A DNA stretch of 64,000 nt from a virus. The notes under the pieces were generated by a model that was given only the letters and a program-made list of their open reading frames with translations, was not told the DNA's origin and ran no database searches. The stretch's first letter is position 1; each line of letters starts with the position of its first letter. The stretch is from the IMG/VR virus record IMGVR_UViG_3300006155_000004, one strand, 5' to 3'. This document shows, piece after piece, positions 1 to 8,465 of this stretch. A program made the translations under genes and the position numbers.

Positions 1-369
1 GCTAACGAAAAGATTTATGAATGCAGCAATGTAACAACTGGCATAGATTCCATTACCATGACGATGGAAAACCAGAATGCAAACGACATGATCGCGGAGT
101 TTGATGGAGTAACCGAACTTACCGTATCATTCGAAAAAAAGAAAGAAGAATGGGAAGAGGATCTGGGACTGGTTTTAGAAGACCCGCACGGGATATATAA
201 AAACTTAAAATTGGAATCAGTAACCACGAACGTGAACGACGGATCGGTAAGCGTGACAATGCATATAAAAAGCGATATCGAAATGCGGCTGGACGCTTTG
301 GAAACGGGGCAGGAATTGCAGGACGGCGCCATTATGGAACTGGCACAGAATGTGGGAGGTGGGTTATAA
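1..369 (+). CDS. hypothetical phage late-region protein, possibly 5' partial (first ATG at 58)
   Basis: ORF 58..369; the same frame has no stop back to base 1; lies just upstream of the endolysin. Confidence 0.5.
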   Translation, partial: ANEKIYECSNVTTGIDSITMTMENQNANDMIAEFDGVTELTVSFEKKKEEWEEDLGLVLEDPHGIYKNLKLESVTTNVNDGSVSVTMHIKSDIEMRLDALETGQELQDGAIMELAQNVGGGL

Positions 370-503
370 TGGTTAAATTTTTGATCAACCAGATCAAGGT
401 CGGAAACATAAGCTTATTGGACGTGCCACCAATGTGGCGCGCTTCGGTTGAAGCTAAAATGGGTGAGGATTCTGAACGCAGAAAGGGAAACGAATGGGAA
501 TAA
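369..503 (+). CDS. small XkdX-like phage protein (44 aa)
   Basis: ATG overlaps the upstream stop (TAATG); peptide MVKFLINQIKVGNISLLDVPPMWRASV resembles small proteins found beside holin/lysin genes; not in the ORF track (<60 aa). Confidence 0.4.
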   Translation: MVKFLINQIKVGNISLLDVPPMWRASVEAKMGEDSERRKGNEWE

Positions 504-1285
504 AGAGAAAGACAGCGCTTGCGCACAGGAGCAATTACGGAGATTTGCGTCCGTCTTCTGCTATTAAATACATAATCCTGCATTATACAGCAAATGACGG
601 TGATACAGACGAGGGAAACGGATCCTATTTCAAAGGGGCAAACAGGAACGCTTCTGCCCACTATTTCGTAGATGACGACAGCATAACAAGGTCTGTTCCG
701 GATAATTACGTTGCGTGGTCCGTAGGTGGAGAAAAGTGGCAGGACTGCGGCAGGACTGGCGGCGGAAAGTTTTATGGGCATGCAACCAATTCAAACAGTA
801 TCAGCATAGAGATGTGCGACACAGTTCGGGACGGCATGGTCATGGCAACCGAAAAGACGATGGAGAATGCGGCTATGCTGTGCGGGGAATTGATGGAGAA
901 ATATAACATTGACATAGACCACGTGATCCGACACTTTGACGTGAACGGGAAGCACTGCCCGGCCTATTTTATGGAAAATAAAAAATGGGAGGATTTCAAG
1001 GACAGGGTGCGCGGAAATGAATTTAAAACAGATAGGATCTATGCGACGGTTCGGGAATGCTATCTTAGAAATAGTGTGGGCACTGGCAGGAACAAGGCGA
1101 AATATAAATCGCTTTCCGCTGCCGTAAAAAAGAAATGCAGAAATCAACTAGGGTATGCGGTGTTCAAAAAAGGCAGCACGTTCCGGCTGGCGAAAACAAA
1201 GAAATCCGGAAAAGATATATGGGGGCAAATGAAGTCCGGATATTGGATTCCGATTATTTATAAAGGAAAAGCAAGAGTAAAATAA
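494..1285 (+). CDS. endolysin: N-acetylmuramoyl-L-alanine amidase (Amidase_2/PGRP fold) with C-terminal SH3b-like wall-binding domain
   Basis: Motifs ILHYTAND, ASAHYFVDD, ISIEMCD and HFDVNGKHCP; C-terminal GYWIPIIYKG SH3-like tail. Confidence 0.9.
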   Translation: MGIKRKTALAHRSNYGDLRPSSAIKYIILHYTANDGDTDEGNGSYFKGANRNASAHYFVDDDSITRSVPDNYVAWSVGGEKWQDCGRTGGGKFYGHATNSNSISIEMCDTVRDGMVMATEKTMENAAMLCGELMEKYNIDIDHVIRHFDVNGKHCPAYFMENKKWEDFKDRVRGNEFKTDRIYATVRECYLRNSVGTGRNKAKYKSLSAAVKKKCRNQLGYAVFKKGSTFRLAKTKKSGKDIWGQMKSGYWIPIIYKGKARVK

Positions 1286-1290
1286 AAAGA

Positions 1291-1326
1291 ATCCGCCGTA
1301 TAAAAATATGTTTTTGTGCGGCGGAT
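1291..1326 (+). terminator. hairpin after the endolysin (8-bp stem ATCCGCCG/CGGCGGAT)
   Basis: Perfect 8-bp stem seen directly; large loop and no clear T-run, so terminator function is uncertain. Confidence 0.3.
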
Positions 1327-1391
1327 AATCGTAAAAATGTATCATTCTAACTCTTCTATCTTTTTTAAAATTAATTCTTTTTCTTTTTCGC

Positions 1392-1648
1392 TTAATCTTT
1401 CGTTGGTTCCATAGATTGACAAAGAAACGGAATAACCACCAAACAGCATAAGCCAAAAACAAAAGAAAGAGCTGCGGGAATCAACAAGAAAATCCCTAAA
1501 TGAAACAAAAAAAGGACAGAAAAAGACGAAAGTCCAGAACGATCACGTTATGAGAAATGAGATTTTTCCGCCACAACTTCTAGCTTATTAGACTTTTCTT
1601 CCGATTCTTTACATCCTTTTCTTTTGGTTCTGCTATTTTATCGTTCAT
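1392..1648 (-). pseudogene. possible frame-disrupted small membrane protein gene
   Basis: Minus-strand reading MNDKIAEPKEKDVKNRKKSLIS* continues coding-like in two other frames (..NVIVLDFRLFLSFFCFI*, GIFLLIPAALSFVFGLCCLVVIPFLC..). Confidence 0.25.
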
Positions 1649-1792
1649 AAATAAATATGCCCCATCCAAATGTATATTGCGATCATACTAAATGGTGTTA
1701 TTAAAATACAGAATTAAATAAAAAAATATTTATTTTGCTTACCAAATACGGAAAAAGTGATAGTAGGCTATATTAAATTGGAGAAACGCAAA

Positions 1793-2024
1793 ATGAAATC
1801 TGTTGTTTTTGAAAAGAAACTAAAAGATCTAAGGGAAAACGCAGGATTAACGCAAAGACAATTGGCTGTTCGAATTGAAGTTTCAAAGTCTACGGTGGCT
1901 TTGTATGAAATACAGGAAAGAGGGCTTTCATCAGATTCTTTGATTGGCCGATGATGGCATAGATATTATAGAACGTCTTATAGAAACAATGAGAGACAAA
2001 AACAGAAAGATAAAAGGAATTTGA
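1793..2024 (+). pseudogene. XRE-family HTH gene broken by a frameshift near 1946
   Basis: MKSVVFEKKLKDLRENAGLTQRQLAVRIEVSKSTVALYE stops at 1954; the C-terminal part (LADDGIDIIERLIETMRDKNRKIKGI) continues in another frame from 1944. Confidence 0.45.
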
Positions 2025-2082
2025 ACGACAACAAGAAATTGTCGGTTTTTGTCGTTAATTAATTATTATTTCACAAAAACTA

Positions 2083-2111
2083 TTGCAAAAAACGAATATA
2101 TGTTCTATAAT
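2083..2111 (+). promoter_or_regulatory. sigma-A-type promoter TTGCAA-17-TATAAT
   Basis: Hexamers at 2083-2088 and 2106-2111 with 17-nt spacing, upstream of ORF 2160. Confidence 0.5.
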
Positions 2112-2159
2112 ATTATCTGTCTTACATAGTACAAATACAAAATATGTTCGAGGTGTGTC

Positions 2160-2330
2160 ATGGATAAAACGCAAAATAAAGAAAAAGAGGTCGAGTTTTT
2201 TGTTTCTCCAGAAGAATACAAAAGAGAAGCGATTAAAATAATCAAAAAAATAAAAAGTCCCGAAATATTAAAATTGATATACTATTTTTCCAAAAGTGGC
2301 TATAAAGAGGAAAATGCGGGGAGAAGATAG
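2160..2330 (+). CDS. hypothetical small protein (56 aa)
   Basis: GAGGTG RBS then ATG; lysine-rich peptide; below the ORF-track cutoff. Confidence 0.45.
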   Translation: MDKTQNKEKEVEFFVSPEEYKREAIKIIKKIKSPEILKLIYYFSKSGYKEENAGRR

Positions 2331-2337
2331 CTCCCCG
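2317..2337 (-). terminator. hairpin CGGGGAG/CTCCCCG between convergent genes; T-rich tail on the minus strand
   Basis: 7-bp GC stem with 7-nt loop; lies just 3' of the minus-strand repressor gene. Confidence 0.5.
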
Positions 2338-2343
2338 AAATCC

Positions 2344-2721
2344 CTACAATATGAACTTTTCAAAGAAATCACAAATCAATTCTTTTTCGTCGGCCGGGAG
2401 CTTGCTATATTCAACAACTATTTTAGCAAATCTCTTATCTGCCAATGCGATTTTCAGTACATTGTCCATAAATTCTGCATCTGCACCAGAACCATTCTTT
2501 TCATCAGTTAAATCAGACTTTCCTATACGAAAATAATCAGCCAATTTTTGAATTTTTCCAAGGCTCGGAAACGACTTTCCGCTGCACCACATATTTAATG
2601 TAGGCGGATTTTCTCCGATAGCCTCAGCCACTTCTTTTTGTGTCTTCTGATTTAATGATATATATCTGTTTAAATTCTTAGCAAACACTTTCTTTTGTTC
2701 GTCATTTTCTATTTTAAACAC
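2344..2721 (-). CDS. XRE-family repressor (CI-like)
   Basis: HTH QKTQKEVAEAIGENPPTLNMWCSG; divergent from a Cro-like gene across an operator-rich region. Confidence 0.85.
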   Translation of the reverse strand: MFKIENDEQKKVFAKNLNRYISLNQKTQKEVAEAIGENPPTLNMWCSGKSFPSLGKIQKLADYFRIGKSDLTDEKNGSGADAEFMDNVLKIALADKRFAKIVVEYSKLPADEKELICDFFEKFIL

Positions 2722-2750
2722 CCCCTTTTTCGATTTTTATTATATAGCAT

Positions 2751-2825
2751 AATTCAAAAAAATTCAATATGAAATTCAATATTTTTGAATTTTCTATTGA
2801 CAATCAGAAAAAATTCAATTAAAAT
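2751..2825 (+). promoter_or_regulatory. switch region: AATTCAA operator repeats, inverted repeat AAATTCAA-N5-TTGAATTT, and promoter TTGACA-17-TAAAAT
   Basis: IR at 2772-2792; -35 at 2797-2802; -10 at 2820-2825; AATTCAA copies at 2751, 2761 and 2812. Confidence 0.6.
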
Positions 2826-2856
2826 GAATTTAGAAATTAGGAAAGGGGTGGTGTAA

Positions 2857-3072
2857 ATGCCGAGAATTTCTTTAAAAGCCGCGAGGGTGAATGCTAACAT
2901 GGAGCAGAGGGAATGGGCAGAAAACATAGGAGTATCAGTGGCTACGGTGATTAATTGGGAGAAGGGAAATACAGAACCAACCTTGTCTCAGTTAAGGAAA
3001 ATAAGTGAGTTGTCCGGGATTCCTATGGACTTTATTTTTGTGCCTGAAAAGTTCAATTTAATTGAATTTTAG
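2857..3072 (+). CDS. XRE-family HTH protein (Cro position; possible antitoxin for the downstream MazF)
   Basis: HTH QREWAENIGVSVATVINWEKG; 9-nt gap to the MazF-like ORF. Confidence 0.8.
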   Translation: MPRISLKAARVNANMEQREWAENIGVSVATVINWEKGNTEPTLSQLRKISELSGIPMDFIFVPEKFNLIEF

Positions 3073-3081
3073 GGAGGGAAA

Positions 3082-3393
3082 ATGTCTGATATGAAACGTG
3101 GACAAGTTTACTATGCAGAACTAAGACCGGTTATCGGAAGCGAGCAAGGAGGAGTCAGACCGTGTTTGGTTATCCAGAATGACACAGGGAACTTACATTC
3201 CACGACCGTCATGATAGCGGCCATGACAACGAAGAGAAAGGCAAATATACCGACACATGTTGCTGTATCGTCAGAAGATTACTGTCTTGACATCAACACA
3301 ACAATTCTTCTTGAACAGATACGAACGATAGACAAAAGTAGGATATCAAGTTTTGTTAGCAGATTGAACGACTGTACCATGAAAAAAGGTTGA
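3082..3393 (+). CDS. mazF: MazF/PemK-family endoribonuclease toxin, C-terminally truncated by a frame change at an A6GG run
   Basis: RGQVYYAELRPVIGSEQGGVRPCLVIQND and LLEQIRTIDK closely resemble B. subtilis EndoA; the expected C-terminal KVDEAL..LAL is encoded in the next frame. Confidence 0.85.
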   Translation: MSDMKRGQVYYAELRPVIGSEQGGVRPCLVIQNDTGNLHSTTVMIAAMTTKRKANIPTHVAVSSEDYCLDINTTILLEQIRTIDKSRISSFVSRLNDCTMKKG

Positions 3394-3448
3394 CGAAGCG
3401 TTAAATATCGGCCTTGCATTAAATAAGGAAGAAAGAGAAGCGGAAAAC

Positions 3449-4156
3449 TTGGGAGAGATAATTCACGTTGGAAACAGAGACATTTCCGTTAAAGAATACA
3501 ACGGACAAAGAGTGGTGACGTTCAAAGATATTGATGACGTTCACAACAGACCGGACGGAACGGCAAACAAAAGGTTCCTTGACAACAAGAAGCGGTTTGT
3601 AGAGGGGGAAGATTTCTTTAAGATAAGCAATTCCGAAATTCGGAAAAGCCGCATAATTCCTATATCTGACAATGATTACATGGACAAAATACTTGTAACA
3701 GAACAGGGATATCTGATGCTTGTCAAGTCATTTACAGATGATTTGGCGTGGGAAGTCCAGAGGAAACTTGTAAATGATTATTTCGGAGCGAAGAAGCTAT
3801 CTCCGGTCGAAATGATGCGGATTCAGCTTGGAATGATTGATGAACTTGGAGATAGAGTTACTGATCTAGAAAATACATACACAATCGACCACGGGCAACA
3901 GAGGGTTTTGGAAAACACGGTAAACAAAACTGTTATATCGGTTTTGGGCGGAAAAGAATCAAACGCCTACAAAGAAATAGGAAGAAAGGTATTTGCAGAG
4001 CGCAACAGGGATTTGAAGAACTATTTTAAGGTCAATTCCAGAGATGACGTTCCAAAGCTGCATTATGAAGATGCAATCAAGTATGCGGAGGATTGGAAAC
4101 CTTGCATAAACACTGCGATGCTTATTTCGAGCTGCAATGCTCAGATGAATTTATAG
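3449..4156 (+). CDS. ORF6N/KilA-N-type plus ORF6C-domain protein (antirepressor-like)
   Basis: RVVTFKDIDDVHNRPDGTANKRFLDNKKRFVEGEDFF N-terminal domain; C-terminal ORF6C-like segment; TTG start. Confidence 0.7.
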   Translation: MGEIIHVGNRDISVKEYNGQRVVTFKDIDDVHNRPDGTANKRFLDNKKRFVEGEDFFKISNSEIRKSRIIPISDNDYMDKILVTEQGYLMLVKSFTDDLAWEVQRKLVNDYFGAKKLSPVEMMRIQLGMIDELGDRVTDLENTYTIDHGQQRVLENTVNKTVISVLGGKESNAYKEIGRKVFAERNRDLKNYFKVNSRDDVPKLHYEDAIKYAEDWKPCINTAMLISSCNAQMNL

Positions 4157-4174
4157 AAGAAAGGAGAAATGAAT

Positions 4175-4297
4175 ATGTATATACCGGAATTTTGGCTGGG
4201 CGTATTATCGGTGGTTTCGGCTGAAATGATTGCATTTATTGCGGTCATAATCTATGCGTTTATCAAAAGCGGCAAGAAAAGAAAGGAGGATGAATAG
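4175..4297 (+). CDS. small single-TM peptide (40 aa)
   Basis: AAGGAG RBS 8 nt upstream; hydrophobic core WLGVLSVVSAEMIAFIAVIIYAFI followed by KKRKEDE. Confidence 0.4.
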   Translation: MYIPEFWLGVLSVVSAEMIAFIAVIIYAFIKSGKKRKEDE

Positions 4298-4389
4298 TGC
4301 CAAGGCCAAAAAAGTTTGAACATGGCGCAGAAATAAGACGCCTGTGCAGCCGGAATATGCGCGGCAGACAACTGGGCGCTTGTTGGTGA
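4297..4389 (+). CDS. 30-codon ORF with a strong RBS, ending at a TGA that is followed by 30 more in-frame sense codons
   Basis: AAAGGAGGA RBS 6 nt before GTG 4297; peptide PRPKKFEHGAEIRRL.. resembles the start of a small HTH protein. Confidence 0.35.
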   Translation: MPRPKKFEHGAEIRRLCSRNMRGRQLGACW

Positions 4390-4698
4390 AACAGAGTTTT
4401 GCCTGAAAATCATCCACAAAACACTGAAAAAATAAGAAAGATTGACAGGTATGCAATTCCAAAGAAAGGATGGAAGTGTTGAATTTAGAAACGGTAACCA
4501 CTCAAGACTGCATTGAGAACTACAAATCCAAAGGCAGAAGCGTCATTTTGAACGACGGAAAACTAATTGGATTTCAGCAAGAAGAAATCCCCACACAGAC
4601 CGAAAATCCAAGTGGGGATAAATAGCCAGATAAGGCTATTACTATGCCTAATTATATGCGGTTATTCGGGGAAAGCCAAGCGAAAGGAAGAAAAACAA

Positions 4699-4890
4699 AT
4701 GAGAAAAAATTTAAAAGAAGCCCGCAACAAGGCGGGCATGACGCAGAAACAGGTTGCAGAGTATTTGGAAATTAGTGAAATTGGTTATAGACAAATTGAA
4801 TCTGGAAAACGGATTGGTTCAATCAAAACATGGGACGCACTAGAGGATTTGTTTAATATTCATCAGCGGAAGTTAAGAGAGAACTTTTAA
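4699..4890 (+). CDS. XRE-family HTH protein
   Basis: MRKNLKEARNKAGMTQKQVAEYLEISEIGYRQIESG; the internal ATG with an RBS is preferred over the ORF-track start 4567. Confidence 0.75.
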   Translation: MRKNLKEARNKAGMTQKQVAEYLEISEIGYRQIESGKRIGSIKTWDALEDLFNIHQRKLRENF

Positions 4891-5089
4891 AATCCTCTAA
4901 ACACATTAAGTCGTCCAAAGAAACATTAAATATCACCGCAAGCTTTAATATTTTTTCTATATTTGGCTCACGCGTTCCTTGTTCGTATTGCCTTATTGTG
5001 ATTGTGGAAACCCCTAGATAATCAGCTATTTCCTTTTGCTTTAAAGGTGATTGCGTGCGTAGTTCGCGTAAACGTTCATTGAATCTCAT
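4853..5089 (-). CDS. XRE-family repressor of the long early operon
   Basis: LKQKEIADYLGVSTITIRQYEQG; divergent from promoter/operators at 5109-5164; its 3' end overlaps ORF 4699..4890 by 38 nt. Confidence 0.85.
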   Translation of the reverse strand: MRFNERLRELRTQSPLKQKEIADYLGVSTITIRQYEQGTREPNIEKILKLAVIFNVSLDDLMCLEDFKSSLLTSADEY

Positions 5090-5108
5090 AAGTACCTCCT
5101 AAAAATAC

Positions 5109-5164
5109 TTGACAGATTCAAAATGAATCGCTATAATGTGATAAAAGCGATTCAAAATGAATCG
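5109..5164 (+). promoter_or_regulatory. early promoter TTGACA-17-TATAAT with two copies of operator GATTCAAAATGAATCG
   Basis: -35 at 5109-5114; -10 at 5132-5137; identical 16-mers at 5115-5130 and 5149-5164. Confidence 0.7.
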
Positions 5165-5222
5165 TAATGTATAAAACGGTATAGTTGATTTTCATTATAC
5201 CACAAATCAGGAGGTATGCACA

Positions 5223-5534
5223 ATGAGCAAGAAAACAACAATCAAGGAAAGGATTACACACATCAAGAGAAAACTTGGATTGGACAAGCAAGAGAACGAG
5301 AAAATACAGAAGATTAAAAAAGATTTCAACGAACGAACCGCAGAAATAGGAGAAGAATGGGATTTATCAGATTTTCTCACGCTCTTAGAATTGTCGGAGT
5401 ACGGTCATTTAGGAAAGTCCAATGCCATCATATTTGCTTTTAAGATTGGCTATATGCAAGGGTATGAGGATTTGAGGGTTAAAACTTTGAATTGGCTCGA
5501 ACAATCATTCGGCGTTAAGGAAACGGAGGGCTAA
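5223..5534 (+). CDS. hypothetical early protein (paralog of 51120..51347)
   Basis: Shared segment ..RTAE..WDL.DFL.LL...EY...GKS.AI..A.KIGY with ORF 51120. Confidence 0.65.
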   Translation: MSKKTTIKERITHIKRKLGLDKQENEKIQKIKKDFNERTAEIGEEWDLSDFLTLLELSEYGHLGKSNAIIFAFKIGYMQGYEDLRVKTLNWLEQSFGVKETEG

Positions 5535-5537
5535 TAA

Positions 5538-5840
5538 ATGGAAGATTGCTTGAAAGCCCTTAGAGAAAGGCTGTATGCAGTGATGGGTAAGAACGACTGG
5601 ACGTTGACAAGGCTTTCAAATGAGTGTGGAGTTTCCTATCGCGAGTTACAGCAAATTCTTTACAAACAAAACAAAGATGTTCGGCTGTCAACCCTTGTAA
5701 GAATATCGGACGGTCTTGGAATACCACTAATTTCACTGGTTGACATGGAGGAAATGCGGAAAGAGGAAAATGCAGAGTTTATCAGAAAATTGTATTCAGA
5801 CATGAAAGAATATTTAAGAAAGAGTGGTGTTGAAATTTGA
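5538..5840 (+). CDS. HTH (XRE-like) DNA-binding protein
   Basis: WTLTRLSNECGVSYRELQQILYKQ HTH-like segment. Confidence 0.6.
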   Translation: MEDCLKALRERLYAVMGKNDWTLTRLSNECGVSYRELQQILYKQNKDVRLSTLVRISDGLGIPLISLVDMEEMRKEENAEFIRKLYSDMKEYLRKSGVEI

Positions 5841-6484
5841 GTGAATTGGTTGAAATTGTTTCAGAGAGAAACGGGAAACCTGTTACTACAAGCCTAAAAG
5901 TTGCGGAAAAATTTGAGAAAGACCATAGGCATGTGCTTGAAAGCATTAGAAATCTCGTAGCCGAAAAGTCGGCCGCCAAATTCTTTAAGGAAACTACCTA
6001 TAAAAACAGAGGAAAGAAATATCCTATGTTTGAAATGGATAGAGATGGTTTTTCTTTGCTCGTCATGGGGTTTAATGGAAAGAAAGCGTTGCAGTGGAAG
6101 TTGGATTACATACAGGCGTTTAACAGCATGGAAAGTTTTATAAAATCTATACAATCCGCCAAAATGGATTATCCAGCACTTACAAAAGCAATCGAGCAGG
6201 CACATGAAGAGCCAAAGTTTTACCATTTTAGTAATGAAATCAACATGATTAACCGTATTGCACTTGGAGCAGACGCAAAGCACTTTAAGGAAGAAAACGG
6301 AATTGATAAGGAAGAAAATTCTATCAGACCATATTTGACGGCGGAACAAATAAAGGCAATCGAGGAATTACAAAGGATAGATATAGGGCTTTTAGTTGCA
6401 AATATTGAATTTGAGAAGAGAAAGCAAATATTGAGGACGCATTATAGTAAAAACACATCAATTACAGAAATGGCGAGGCAATGA
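5837..6484 (+). CDS. Rha-family phage regulatory protein
   Basis: KPVTTSLKVAEKFEKDHRHVLESIRNL is typical of Phage_pRha; its TGA stop is followed by 65 in-frame coding-like codons. Confidence 0.8.
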   Translation: MSELVEIVSERNGKPVTTSLKVAEKFEKDHRHVLESIRNLVAEKSAAKFFKETTYKNRGKKYPMFEMDRDGFSLLVMGFNGKKALQWKLDYIQAFNSMESFIKSIQSAKMDYPALTKAIEQAHEEPKFYHFSNEINMINRIALGADAKHFKEENGIDKEENSIRPYLTAEQIKAIEELQRIDIGLLVANIEFEKRKQILRTHYSKNTSITEMARQ

Positions 6485-6707
6485 AAAAAATATATTGCAT
6501 TAAATGAGTTTGAGAGAAGAATTGCCAATGAGGGTATGGAGTTTAACGAATTTCCAAACAAGAAAGAACTTGAAAAAACAGAAAAAGAGATTGCTGAAAC
6601 TAACGAGGGTTTCAAAAATATAGTATTTGAGTTGGGGTGTTCAGTTTTGGCAAAAGCGTATCTGAAAGCAATAGATTAACTAAATCACAGATCAAAGGAG
6701 AAAACCA

Positions 6708-7346
6708 ATGAATAGAGAAAAGAATGAAAACAACCAAGTTACATTAATCGGAGAAATCGCAAGTAATTTTGAGTTCAGCCATGAGTGCTACGGCGAGGGA
6801 TTTTATACCGCCATGCTTTCGAGCGAGAGGACAAGCGGTCAGAAAGACATTATTCCAATTATGGTATCGGAACGGCTTGTTGATGTGAAAGCAGACTGGA
6901 TAGGTCGGTTTGTAATAGTGAATGGTCAGTTTAGGTCTTATAACAAGCATGATGAAGAAAGAAACCATCTTATTCTTTCGGTATTTGTTAGGGGGTTTAA
7001 GGAAACAGAATTTGAACATGAAGAACCGGGAAGCGGTAATGATGAAAACGACATTTCCCTTGACGGATATATCTGCAAATCGCCAACTTACCGAAAAACA
7101 CCGTTCGGCAGAGAAATCACAGACATTCTTCTTGCGGTCAACCGCTCATACGGAAAATCAGACTACATACCATGTATCGCATGGGGAAGAAATGCGGTAT
7201 ATGCAAGTGGTTTGGAAGTCGGCACAAGGCTACGGATTGAGGGAAGAATCCAGAGCAGGGAATACCAGAAACGCATTTCTGACGATGAATATGAAACACG
7301 AATTGCTTATGAGGTTTCGGTTTCAAAGATGGAAGCGGAGGAATGA
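6708..7346 (+). CDS. tandem OB-fold SSB-like protein (two SSB-type OB domains, no acidic tail)
   Basis: NQVTLIGEI..NGQFRSY and ISLDGYIC..RIEGRIQSREY repeat the SSB OB pattern. Confidence 0.55.
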   Translation: MNREKNENNQVTLIGEIASNFEFSHECYGEGFYTAMLSSERTSGQKDIIPIMVSERLVDVKADWIGRFVIVNGQFRSYNKHDEERNHLILSVFVRGFKETEFEHEEPGSGNDENDISLDGYICKSPTYRKTPFGREITDILLAVNRSYGKSDYIPCIAWGRNAVYASGLEVGTRLRIEGRIQSREYQKRISDDEYETRIAYEVSVSKMEAEE

Positions 7347-7534
7347 TCATGATTTATTTTGCTTATGTAATTGCCTGGATTAGCACATCGGCCGCGGTAA
7401 TTTCTGGAATGTATTTTACAAAGTCTGCATTGTGCCTATGGGCGCTTGTCTTGCCTGCTTGCATTAAATTAACACGCAATGGCGAAGACGACAAAGAAAG
7501 CGAGGAGGCAGAAGATGAACAGAGCAAAGATTGA
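7343..7534 (+). CDS. small membrane protein with an acidic tail
   Basis: Two hydrophobic segments, then DDKESEEAEDEQSKD; ATGA overlap with the upstream gene. Confidence 0.45.
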   Translation: MIMIYFAYVIAWISTSAAVISGMYFTKSALCLWALVLPACIKLTRNGEDDKESEEAEDEQSKD

Positions 7535-7844
7535 AGATGCATTGCTTGCAATGGGAGTTCCGGCAGGAATTAAAGGTTTTACATACATTACGGACGCGAT
7601 ACAGATTTTTGACGAAAGAGGAACAAACATCCGCATGACAAAAGAATTATATCCGACGATCGCAAAGAATAACGGAACAACTCCGTCCATAGTGGAAAGG
7701 TCAATCAGACACGCACTTACAGTAGCAAGAGATTGCAGGGGTAAATATGAAATCATTAATCACTACATAGGATTTGCGAACTGTCAAAATTCAAGTTCCC
7801 TTAAACAGCTCCACATGATGCTGAAAAGGGAGGATTCGGAATGA
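7515..7844 (+). CDS. stand-alone Spo0A C-terminal (DNA-binding) domain protein
   Basis: GVPAGIKGFTYITDAI, LYPTIAKNNGTTPSIVERSIRHAL match the Spo0A_C signature; GAGGAGG RBS before ATG 7515; no receiver domain. Confidence 0.85.
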   Translation: MNRAKIEDALLAMGVPAGIKGFTYITDAIQIFDERGTNIRMTKELYPTIAKNNGTTPSIVERSIRHALTVARDCRGKYEIINHYIGFANCQNSSSLKQLHMMLKREDSE

Positions 7845-8125
7845 GAAATACAGACCACAAAATCAAATCTACCTACGAAGTAACCCAAACCCATGAGTTT
7901 TCCGTAGACTGGAACGGCTTTAACTTTCTTATCATCTACGGACACCACAAAAACGGCTGGTTCATTGCAATTCCAAATTGGAATAAATGCACCGAAGCAG
8001 GAGAGCCGTCAGACGCAGCATATAACGCTACAAAGTTAGCGCAGACGCACATGAATGACATTGCGCCTGTGTATCTTGCACAGGCGATTAAAGAGCATTG
8101 GGAGGGATTGGAGAAACGAAAGTAA
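7841..8125 (+). CDS. hypothetical protein
   Basis: ORF track; ATGA overlap with the upstream gene. Confidence 0.55.
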   Translation: MRNTDHKIKSTYEVTQTHEFSVDWNGFNFLIIYGHHKNGWFIAIPNWNKCTEAGEPSDAAYNATKLAQTHMNDIAPVYLAQAIKEHWEGLEKRK

Positions 8126-8304
8126 AACAAATTGAAGGAAAAGATGTTCTAAATAATATCCAGAGCAGGGAATATTACAGAATGTCCAAGCAGTCAGACA
8201 AAGATGTTTTCAACATAAAAAGATTATCTGAAATGACTATTGCAGAACTCTTAAAGGCAGTTGAAAACAATGACACTTTCTTAGAAATAAAACAGGAGGA
8301 CTAA
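8098..8304 (+). CDS. hypothetical protein (start uncertain; TTG 8098 or ATG 8182)
   Basis: ORF track; coding-like, no motif recognised. Confidence 0.4.
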   Translation: MGGIGETKVKQIEGKDVLNNIQSREYYRMSKQSDKDVFNIKRLSEMTIAELLKAVENNDTFLEIKQED

Positions 8305-8306
8305 CC

Positions 8307-8465
8307 ATGTCAGAAATACAATGTTGCGGTCAATGCCGCCATCACAAACCCATGGCGCAAGATGAATTTATGTGCGACAACGAAAACAGCGAGGGCTACG
8401 GATTATCAACAGCTTATGATGATTGCTGTGAGGACGGATTTGAGGAGGCAGAGGAAAATAAATAA
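8307..8465 (+). CDS. small Cys-rich acidic protein (52 aa)
   Basis: AGGAGGA RBS 6 nt before ATG; CCGQC..C..CC pattern. Confidence 0.5.
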   Translation: MSEIQCCGQCRHHKPMAQDEFMCDNENSEGYGLSTAYDDCCEDGFEEAEENK

